Part shown: piece by piece, positions 57,079 to 64,000 of the stretch | How the letters are laid out: every line of letters begins with the position of its first letter | Position numbering within the stretch: the first letter of the stretch is position 1 | Assembly (NCBI GenBank): GCA_947566125.1 | Contig: CANOIR010000003.1 | Coordinates: 3,239-67,238, forward strand | Source: an uncultured Ruminococcus sp. | GTDB lineage: Bacteria; Bacillota; Clostridia; Oscillospirales; Ruminococcaceae | DNA length: 64,000 nucleotides | Direction: 5' to 3' | The notes under the pieces: generated by a model | The model's database searches: none | The model's input: the letters and a program-made list of their open reading frames with translations, nothing else | What the model was told of the DNA's origin: nothing | Position numbers and translations under genes: made by a program

Positions 57079-59397
57079 ATGATCATACATATTATAAAAC
57101 GTGACGGACGCAAAGTTCCGTTTAATATTGAAAAAATCGCAAACGCTGTATTCCGTGCAGCTCAGTCTGTAGGCGGTACAGATATGAATGAAGCAATGGA
57201 TATTGCTGTTAAAACCTGTGAGCTTTATGAAGAAAATTATGGCAAGGAAATTCCTACCGTTGAGATAATTCAGGACTTGGTTGAAAAGACTCTTATTGAA
57301 AGCGGTCACGCTCAGACTGCAAAGGCATATATTCTCTATCGATATGAGCGTACACGTGATCGTGAAATGAAATCAAACCTCATGAAAACTATGGGTGAGC
57401 TTACATTTGATTCCGCAAAGGACAGCGATATAAAACGTGAAAATGCTAATATTGATGGTGATACCGCAATGGGTACTATGCTCAAGTACGGTTCTTCTGC
57501 TGCTAAGGAATTCTATGAAATGAAAGTTCTGAATCCTGCACACGCAAAGGCTCACCATGACGGGGATATTCATATTCATGATCTGGATTTCTTAACTCTT
57601 ACTACTACTTGCTGCCAGATCGATCTTATAAAGCTGTTTGAAGGCGGATTCTCTACAGGTCACGGCTTTCTGCGTGAACCTAATGATATTGCAAGTTATT
57701 CTGCACTTGCTTGTATTGCTATTCAGTCTAATCAAAATGACCAGCACGGCGGTCAAAGCATTCCAAACTTTGATTATGCAATGGCAGGCGGAGTTAAGAA
57801 AACATATAAAAAGCGTTATCTGCGTAATATGGAACGTGGTCTTACACTTGTTGCTGGAATGGAAAACAGCGGCAAATTCGTAAAAGATTATGCCACAAAA
57901 ATTTTTAATGAAAAGGGCATTATTCCTTGCCTTGCAAATGATAACGGCTTTCAGGAAGCTGAAAAAGAATATCTGCTGACTAAAATAGATGAAACTATGG
58001 CTGATAAACTTCAAAGCTTCACTGCCGAAAATGCTTATCGTGAAACAAATCGTGCAACATATCAGGCAATGGAAGCTCTTATTCACAATCTCAATACAAT
58101 GAACAGCCGTGCAGGTGCACAGACACCATTTAGCTCTATCAATTATGGTACTGATACTTCTCCTGAAGGTAAAATGGTTATTGAAAATATCCTGCTTGCT
58201 GAAGAAGCCGGTCTTGGAAACGGTGAAACACCTATCTTCCCTATCCATATTTTCAAGATAAAAGAAGGCATAAACTATAATGAATCTGACCCGAATTATA
58301 GTCTTTTCAAACTTGCCTGCCGTGTTTCCGCAAAAAGACTTTTCCCAAATTTTGCATTCCTTGATGCACCATTTAATAAGCAGTATTACAAAGAAGGCGA
58401 TTACCGTACAGAGATAGCATATATGGGCTGTCGTACAAGAGTTATAGGCAATGTATATGATACTGATAATGAAATAGTTACAGGAAGAGGAAATCTGAGC
58501 TTTACATCTATCAATCTTCCAAGACTTGCTATAAAGGCTGATCACAATGTTGGTCTGTTCTTTGATATGCTTGATGAAATGATGGATCTTACAATTGATC
58601 AGCTTATGCACCGTTTCCATATCCAGTGTCAGAAAAAGGTTAGAAATTATCCTTTCCTTATGGGTCAGGGTGTTTGGATCGGCTCTGATGCACTTTCAGC
58701 TGATGATACTGTTGAAGAAGTACTAAAGCATGGTACACTTTCTGTTGGATTTATTGGTCTTGCTGAGGCTCTGAAAGCTCTGATCGGTTCACACCATGGA
58801 GAAAGTGAAGAAGCTCGTGAACTGGGTTTGGAAATAATCACAGCAATGCGTGAACGTATGGATCTTGAAGCAAAGAGAACAGGTCTTAACTTCTCACTGC
58901 TTGCAACACCGGCTGAAGGTCTTTCGGGAAGATTTGTACGTATTGATAAAGAAAAGTATGGCGTTATTCCGGGTGTTACAGACCGTGATTATTATACAAA
59001 CTCATTCCATGTGCCAGTATATTACCCTATAAGTGCGGTTGATAAAATACGCATTGAAGCTCCATATCATGCACTTACAAACGGTGGTCATATCAGCTAT
59101 ATAGAAATGGACGGTGACCCACTCCAGAACTTATCTGCATTTGAAAAAGTTGTACGCTATATGAAAGAATGTGGTATTGGTTATGGCTCTATAAATCATC
59201 CTGTTGACAGAGATCCTTGCTGTGGATTTACCGGCATTATCGGCGACACCTGCCCTATGTGCGGACGCACTGAAGAAAATGGTTCATTTGAACGCATACG
59301 CAGAATAACGGGTTATCTTGTAGGTACACTTGACAGATTCAACGATGCTAAACGTTCAGAAGAACACGACAGAGTAAAGCACGGTTTAACAAAGTAA
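57079..59397 (+). CDS. nrdD: Anaerobic (class III) ribonucleoside-triphosphate reductase with ATP cone
   Basis: IIKRDGRKVPFNIEKI ATP cone, IHIHDLD, MGCRT, GRGNLSFTSINLP, YYTNS and RRITGYLVG motifs; ATG 57079. Confidence 0.97.
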   Translation: MIIHIIKRDGRKVPFNIEKIANAVFRAAQSVGGTDMNEAMDIAVKTCELYEENYGKEIPTVEIIQDLVEKTLIESGHAQTAKAYILYRYERTRDREMKSNLMKTMGELTFDSAKDSDIKRENANIDGDTAMGTMLKYGSSAAKEFYEMKVLNPAHAKAHHDGDIHIHDLDFLTLTTTCCQIDLIKLFEGGFSTGHGFLREPNDIASYSALACIAIQSNQNDQHGGQSIPNFDYAMAGGVKKTYKKRYLRNMERGLTLVAGMENSGKFVKDYATKIFNEKGIIPCLANDNGFQEAEKEYLLTKIDETMADKLQSFTAENAYRETNRATYQAMEALIHNLNTMNSRAGAQTPFSSINYGTDTSPEGKMVIENILLAEEAGLGNGETPIFPIHIFKIKEGINYNESDPNYSLFKLACRVSAKRLFPNFAFLDAPFNKQYYKEGDYRTEIAYMGCRTRVIGNVYDTDNEIVTGRGNLSFTSINLPRLAIKADHNVGLFFDMLDEMMDLTIDQLMHRFHIQCQKKVRNYPFLMGQGVWIGSDALSADDTVEEVLKHGTLSVGFIGLAEALKALIGSHHGESEEARELGLEIITAMRERMDLEAKRTGLNFSLLATPAEGLSGRFVRIDKEKYGVIPGVTDRDYYTNSFHVPVYYPISAVDKIRIEAPYHALTNGGHISYIEMDGDPLQNLSAFEKVVRYMKECGIGYGSINHPVDRDPCCGFTGIIGDTCPMCGRTEENGSFERIRRITGYLVGTLDRFNDAKRSEEHDRVKHGLTK

Positions 59398-59429
59398 AAA
59401 AAGGATCAAATCAATAAAAATTTTTCAGT

Positions 59430-59560
59430 CCAGCAGTTTTTTAAAAATGCTGGCGAAGCTCAAGTCAGAGTCTCGAATGATTGCTTCGCAATCATCTGGG
59501 ACTTCTCGTCCCAAACCCTACGACTGTTTTTTTGAGAAAAAGCAGCGCAAAAAACTTTTA
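59430..59560. repeat. REP-like multi-hairpin element between nrdD and nrdG
   Basis: CCAGCA/TGCTGG, ATGATTGC-ttc-GCAATCAT, GGGAC/GTCCC and CTGTTTTT/AAAAAGCAG stems. Confidence 0.6.
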
Positions 59561-59586
59561 TTGATATTATAACGGGAGAGATAAAC

Positions 59587-60099
59587 ATGGATATTCGTAT
59601 TGCCGGTACTGTAAACGATTCAATAGTTGATGGAAATGGAATCCGTTTTACTATTTTTACTCAGGGCTGTCCTCATCACTGCAAAGGCTGCCATAATACG
59701 CAAACGCATGACTTCAATTGCGGCACTGTAATTTCAGAAGAAGAACTGTTAAAAAAAATCAAATCTAATCCCCTTCTGGACGGCGTAACATTCAGCGGCG
59801 GTGAACCATTTTGTCAAGCAGCTGCACTTGCAAGTATTGGAAAGAAAATTCACTCCATGGGCAATCTTGATATTGTAACATATACCGGCTATACATTTGA
59901 AGAACTTGTAAACAGCTTTGATAAACATCCTGAATGGAAAGAACTGCTTGAAGAAACAGATATTCTTATTGATGGAAGATTTGAAGAATCACTAAAAAGT
60001 TATGATATAAGATTCCGTGGCAGTACAAATCAACGTTATCTTGATGCCAAAGAAAGCCTTAGGCAAAATGTACCAATAGACGCCAAACTTCCTGAATAA
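59587..60099 (+). CDS. nrdG: Class III RNR activating radical SAM enzyme
   Basis: DSIVDG.GIR, CPHHCKGCHN, GVTFSGGEPF and FRGSTNQR motifs. Confidence 0.96.
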   Translation: MDIRIAGTVNDSIVDGNGIRFTIFTQGCPHHCKGCHNTQTHDFNCGTVISEEELLKKIKSNPLLDGVTFSGGEPFCQAAALASIGKKIHSMGNLDIVTYTGYTFEELVNSFDKHPEWKELLEETDILIDGRFEESLKSYDIRFRGSTNQRYLDAKESLRQNVPIDAKLPE

Positions 60100-60307
60100 T
60101 TTACAATCACTGCTCATATATATTATTATTGTAATTATATAATACAAAAATATACTGAATATGCATAAATTACAATTCAGTAAAAAAGAATTCCAATATG
60201 GTAAACAATGTTTACAGTTTACTAATTTGCTTGCATATCCGCCTCAGATGTGATATTATGATATTGTGTTCTAAAGAAATAAATCTGCTGAGAAGGGAGT
60301 GCTGATT

Positions 60308-60460
60308 ATGAGCAGCAAAAATCGTATTTTAGTTTCTATCTTAATTCTTATGGGAGCTGCAATGCTGAGTTCCTGCACAAGTGCTGCTGATACCAGTGCG
60401 GCGGCAATGACAACAACAGCATCTATTACGTCAGCTTGTGCAGATTATGAGATGGTTTAA
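60308..60460 (+). CDS. 50-aa micro-lipoprotein (below the ORF-track cutoff)
   Basis: MSSKNRILVSILILMGAAMLSSCTSAADTSAAAMTTTASITSACADYEMV; lipobox LSSC; promoter TTGCAT-17-TATTAT (60230-60258); AAGGGAG RBS; terminator at 60477-60506. Confidence 0.62.
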   Translation: MSSKNRILVSILILMGAAMLSSCTSAADTSAAAMTTTASITSACADYEMV

Positions 60461-60476
60461 ATTAAAGGTATAAAAC

Positions 60477-60506
60477 AAAGCTCTCAAAAATCTTGAGAGC
60501 TTTTTA
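60477..60506 (+). terminator. Intrinsic terminator after the micro-lipoprotein
   Basis: AAAGCTCTCAA/TTGAGAGCTTT stem followed by a T-run. Confidence 0.75.
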
Positions 60507-60528
60507 TTATAAAAAAGGGTTATAAATA

Positions 60529-61644
60529 ATGAAGAAAATATCATTTATTACAGCATGGATTATTATTTCTACTATGCTTACAGGCTGCGTAAGTCGTGAG
60601 CAACGTGAAGAAAACCGAAAAAATCTGATTCAAGCAGAGAAAAATGCTGTTTTATATATTAAAGACAAGTATGAATTTACAGCTGATATAAAAAATTCCA
60701 AAGTTGAATCAGAAGGAGGATTATTCGGGCCTACATTTACAGGCTATGCATTTATTGAAATGGAGTATGATGGAAAAAGATTTACAGTCTATATAGATGG
60801 TAAAACAGTAAATCAAGACGGGCGGGACAACTATCAGGAAAAGGAAATAACAAAATTTATAGAAAATAAACTTTATGAAGAAACAGGAATCCAATGTGAC
60901 AGCATTTTAATGCAAAATCATTATAACTATAAACAAAAAGAAAGTATGGATAATTATTATCTGCTTTACAATACATATTTTAACGGTGATAATATTGATG
61001 ATATTTATGAAGAACGCCGCTTTAACTGTGCAGTAAGCTGCTTTGGAGCAGCTGATATATCCGTTCTTGATGAAGAAACCATGGACGATGTATTCGGCGA
61101 AAACTATGCAGCCGTATTTTCTTATAATGAAAGTACTAATACCTCTGATTGGTATAGTCAATACAATGAGTTGAATTCAGTAACTAGCTATAATGATTAT
61201 AAATATAAATATGGAATGTACATTAATGAAGCAGTTTCATATAAATATTCCAAAAGCGATTCAAAATACGACTATTTCAAGCCCGTGATACAAACCTGTG
61301 GAGATATTTCATATATTACTGAAAATAACGAGATAATAAGCCTGCATGAAACTGAACCTGACGACCCTGAAAACTGGAACTACAGCGATACAGTCAATGC
61401 ACAAATAGTTTCAAAGGCATATTCCATTCCGACATCTAAAGAAACCCTATGGGTATATTTTGATAAGAATAATCTTCCACAAAATGGCGAAAATTGCAGA
61501 ATTGCACTGTCATGGCTTTCTGACAATGGCAAAAGAGAATATTCATCAGGAGCTTTGAATTATGATTGCGGTGATTATCTTGTAAGTGAAATAAAACCAC
61601 AATTTGAAGACTACTACTGCGTAGTTATATACAAAGGAAAGTGA
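60529..61644 (+). CDS. Hypothetical lipoprotein, Tyr/Asp/Asn-rich
   Basis: Lipobox LTGC; AT-rich; no family recognised. Confidence 0.75.
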   Translation: MKKISFITAWIIISTMLTGCVSREQREENRKNLIQAEKNAVLYIKDKYEFTADIKNSKVESEGGLFGPTFTGYAFIEMEYDGKRFTVYIDGKTVNQDGRDNYQEKEITKFIENKLYEETGIQCDSILMQNHYNYKQKESMDNYYLLYNTYFNGDNIDDIYEERRFNCAVSCFGAADISVLDEETMDDVFGENYAAVFSYNESTNTSDWYSQYNELNSVTSYNDYKYKYGMYINEAVSYKYSKSDSKYDYFKPVIQTCGDISYITENNEIISLHETEPDDPENWNYSDTVNAQIVSKAYSIPTSKETLWVYFDKNNLPQNGENCRIALSWLSDNGKREYSSGALNYDCGDYLVSEIKPQFEDYYCVVIYKGK

Positions 61645-61654
61645 TATTTATTTT

Positions 61655-62605
61655 ATGAAGAAAAATAAAAAAGTGTTAAAACACACAATAATCTGTGCAT
61701 CAGCATTATCTTTAACAATATTTTTAAGTGGATGCGATATATTAGACAATGTAATTGATGAGATGAAACGCAAATCTGAATTGCCTTCCAATCTGGAAAT
61801 TGCACAAGAACTCACCGCTTGTTTTAATGATAAAGATACTTCAGCATTAAAGGAAATGTTGTGTGAAAGATCTCAGGATCTTGATGATATAGATGAGCAG
61901 ATACAGGATGCATTTGATTTTATAGATGGAAATATCATTTCATTTGATAAAAATGTAACAGGTTCAGAAGGCGAATCAAACAGATACGGAACTACTACAG
62001 AACTTAACCGTTTTTTTAGTATAGATGACATTGTAACAGACACAGAACAGGAATATTCTATATATGTATCGGAAAATCTTATATATCTAAATGACCCGAA
62101 ACGTGAAGGCATTACACAAATAATTATAGAGAATAAATCTGATGATTCAAAAATAGAAGTAGGATACCCATGGCAGGAATTTTATACTGAAGGACGTGAT
62201 ATTGCCTCGGAAGCTGCAAAAGCTCTTGGTGAAGGTGATGATTATGCTTTCAGTCAACTCCTTTGTGATGATCTTGCAGAATCACCTGAAACTCAAAACA
62301 ATATTAGCAAAACTATGGATTTCTTTGAAGGTATGCCTTATTTTGGTAAAGTTCCTGATGATAACTTAGAATACGATGGAAAACATGATATACACGTAAC
62401 AGTATATGAAGAAGAAACTGTTGAAAAGGGTGAACCTGTTTGCATTAAGCTTAAAATAGACTGCGAAAATATTGATACAGACGCAGATAGAATATTTACA
62501 AGTGAAATCGAAGCATATATTCAAAATGATGAAAATCCGGAACTTATAGGAATTACAAAATTTATACTTTTTGACGAAGATAAAAACAGTATTATAATAG
62601 AATAA
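61655..62605 (+). CDS. Lipoprotein with two internally repeated DUF5104-like domains
   Basis: Lipobox LSGC; CFNDKDTSALKEMLC..DEQIQDAFDFIDG repeated as ALGEGDDYAFSQLLC..QNNISKTMDFFEG; both end in .GIT.(I/F)I. Confidence 0.68.
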   Translation: MKKNKKVLKHTIICASALSLTIFLSGCDILDNVIDEMKRKSELPSNLEIAQELTACFNDKDTSALKEMLCERSQDLDDIDEQIQDAFDFIDGNIISFDKNVTGSEGESNRYGTTTELNRFFSIDDIVTDTEQEYSIYVSENLIYLNDPKREGITQIIIENKSDDSKIEVGYPWQEFYTEGRDIASEAAKALGEGDDYAFSQLLCDDLAESPETQNNISKTMDFFEGMPYFGKVPDDNLEYDGKHDIHVTVYEEETVEKGEPVCIKLKIDCENIDTDADRIFTSEIEAYIQNDENPELIGITKFILFDEDKNSIIIE

Positions 62606-62697
62606 TAATAGAACAAAAGCCGTCAAACTGACCATCAAAACGATGATTTTTAGGTCAAAATTTCACAGTATTTCAAAAGTAAATTACGGAAAAAAGC

Positions 62698-62726
62698 TTG
62701 ACAAAATGCACTTTTTAGTATATAAT
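62698..62726 (+). promoter_or_regulatory. Sigma-A promoter of rplM-rpsI
   Basis: TTGACA (62698), 17 bp spacer, TATAAT (62721). Confidence 0.8.
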
Positions 62727-62732
62727 TATTCT

Positions 62733-62870
62733 TGTACTGTCAGAGAGACCGGTTAGTATCTTGCGAAACACCGGCAGTGCAGTCTAACCCAACTGCCCTC
62801 TGCCTGGTTTTCCTAATGCATAAAAGCAAACAGGAAACGAAGATATTTTTGATAGAAATTCAGGAGGAAT
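62733..62870 (+). promoter_or_regulatory. Putative structured rplM leader (L13-leader-like)
   Basis: Locally GC-rich UTR with CAGAG/CTCTG, GGTTAG/CTAACC, GGCAGT/ACTGCC and CCGGT/ACCGG complementarities. Confidence 0.5.
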
Positions 62871-62875
62871 TGACT

Positions 62876-63304
62876 ATGGCAACAACTATGCCTAAGGCTT
62901 CAGAAATAAGCCGTAAATGGTATATCATTGATGCAGAAGGCAAGCCGCTTGGTCGTGTTGCAGCACAGGCTGCTCACATTCTGAGAGGTAAGCATAAACC
63001 TACTTTTACTCCACACGTTGACTGCGGCGATTTCGTAATCGTTATCAACTGTGACAAGGCTGTTCTTACAGGTAACAAGCTTGAGCAGAAGTATTATTAT
63101 TGGCACACAGGTTGGATCGGTGGCTTAAAGAAGATTCAGTATAAGGATATGATGGCTGAACGTTCTGATGAAGCTATGAAGATCGCAATCAAGGGCATGC
63201 TCCAGCACAATAAGCTTGGTGCAGCTCAGCTGACTCGTTTACGCACATACAAGGGTGCTGAACACAAGCAGGCTGCACAGAAGCCAGAAGTTTGTGAATT
63301 CTAA
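62876..63304 (+). CDS. rplM: 50S ribosomal protein L13
   Basis: [27 protein letters not shown] and [11 protein letters not shown] motifs; ATG 62876. Confidence 0.98.
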   Translation: MATTMPKASEISRKWYIIDAEGKPLGRVAAQAAHILRGKHKPTFTPHVDCGDFVIVINCDKAVLTGNKLEQKYYYWHTGWIGGLKKIQYKDMMAERSDEAMKIAIKGMLQHNKLGAAQLTRLRTYKGAEHKQAAQKPEVCEF

Positions 63305-63321
63305 GGAAGGGAGCATAAAAA

Positions 63322-63723
63322 ATGTACGAATCTAAAGTTAAATATTATTACGGTACAGGCAGAAGAAAGCACTCTGTAGCAAGAGTTAGACTGTATCCGG
63401 GCAACGGCAAAATCACTATCAACGGTAGAGATATTGATAATTACTTCGGTCTTGATACTCTTAAGCTTATCGTCCGTCAGCCTTTGGCTCTGACTGATAC
63501 TCTGGAGTCCATGGACATCGTTTGTACTGTTACAGGCGGCGGTGTTACAGGTCAGGCTGGTGCTATCCGTCACGGTGTTTCTCGTGCTCTTTTGGAATTT
63601 AATCCTGAGCTTCGTCCTGCTCTTAAGAAGGCTGGATTCCTTACTCGTGATCCAAGAATGAAGGAAAGAAAGAAGTACGGTCTCAAGGCCGCTCGTCGTG
63701 CTCCTCAGTTCTCAAAGAGATAA
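63322..63723 (+). CDS. rpsI: 30S ribosomal protein S9
   Basis: [21 protein letters not shown] and [19 protein letters not shown] motifs. Confidence 0.98.
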   Translation: MYESKVKYYYGTGRRKHSVARVRLYPGNGKITINGRDIDNYFGLDTLKLIVRQPLALTDTLESMDIVCTVTGGGVTGQAGAIRHGVSRALLEFNPELRPALKKAGFLTRDPRMKERKKYGLKAARRAPQFSKR

Positions 63724-63749
63724 TTTTATCCCCATCGGGATTACTCATA

Positions 63750-63788
63750 AAACCTCGAAAACAAAACGTTTTCGGGGTTTTTGTTTTG
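63750..63788 (+). terminator. rplM-rpsI terminator
   Basis: AAACCTCGAAAAC/GTTTTCGGGGTTT stem followed by T-rich sequence. Confidence 0.8.
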
Positions 63789-63947
63789 TATGGATATAGC
63801 TAAAATCGGGTAAAAATCAGGTGGCAACTAACATGTAACTCACAAAAAATAACGCTGAAACATATCTATGATAAAAAGTCTTGAAAAACGTTATTGAATA
63901 TGATATAATAAATAACAACCCAATTTGAAAGAAAGGAGCAATCCTCT

Positions 63948-64000
63948 ATGTACAAAATAATGCACAAAACCGAAGTAATCGCATTCGCAGATGAAGAAAA
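63948..64000 (+). CDS. N-terminus of a hypothetical protein, truncated by window edge
   Basis: TTGAAA-17-TATAAT promoter (63881-63909), GAAAGGAG RBS, MYKIMHKTEVIAFADEE... Confidence 0.6.
   Translation, partial: MYKIMHKTEVIAFADEE

Noticed and set aside
57592-58620. 342-aa minus-strand ORF
   Set aside because: Lies wholly antisense to nrdD, has no motif or RBS, and is explained by codon-bias shadowing
59205-59270. NrdD metal site reading DPCC...CPMC rather than CxxC...CxxC
   Set aside because: Asp-for-Cys variants in this position are, from recall, common in clostridial NrdD, so this is not evidence of inactivation
5140-62875. Upstream-extended starts in the ORF track (5140, 9933, 17412, 20847, 22989, 27665, 28217, 32793, 52924, 56959, 62732)
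   Set aside because: Downstream ATGs have proper RBS spacing and match family N-termini, and the extensions overlap neighbours or promoters
744-63573. Numerous 60-200 aa ORFs overlapping or antisense to assigned genes (e.g. 6564-7079, 18442-18969, 22859-23452, 24625-25191, 31141-31665, 47242-47712, 52870-53385)
   Set aside because: All overlap well-supported genes in another frame or strand and show no recognisable motifs

Overview
AT-rich chromosomal segment from a Ruminococcus-like (Oscillospiraceae-type) anaerobe. This assignment is inferred from dockerin-bearing proteins, gpr and the clostridial gene order. Most of the window is housekeeping: shikimate genes (aroB/aroC/aroE/aroK), yfmF-yfmH-lgt-folD, a complete FASII/ACC cluster, ilvE, a P-type ATPase, gpr, rpsT, birA, ldh, proBA, asnB, pyrB, nrdDG, rplM-rpsI and one tRNA-Thr(CGT). 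Plant-polysaccharide functions are an oligosaccharide ABC transporter, a GH43-ricin-dockerin enzyme and a lipid-anchored GH5. No CRISPR array, rRNA, integrase or transposase is visible. The strongest lead is a stand-alone ~90-aa protein (22657-22929) whose C-terminus aligns with the glycyl-radical tail of this window's own NrdD but has Asp in place of the radical Gly. Other leads are an XRE-XRE-small ORF-orphan MazF module with a visible operator pair, a family of intergenic palindromic elements, two small ORFs below the ORF-track cutoff, a PyrB fused to a PyrI-like zinc domain, structured leaders of rpsT and rplM, and a possible attachment site after rpsI. All family assignments come from reading motifs by eye. 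No database searches or folding programs were run.
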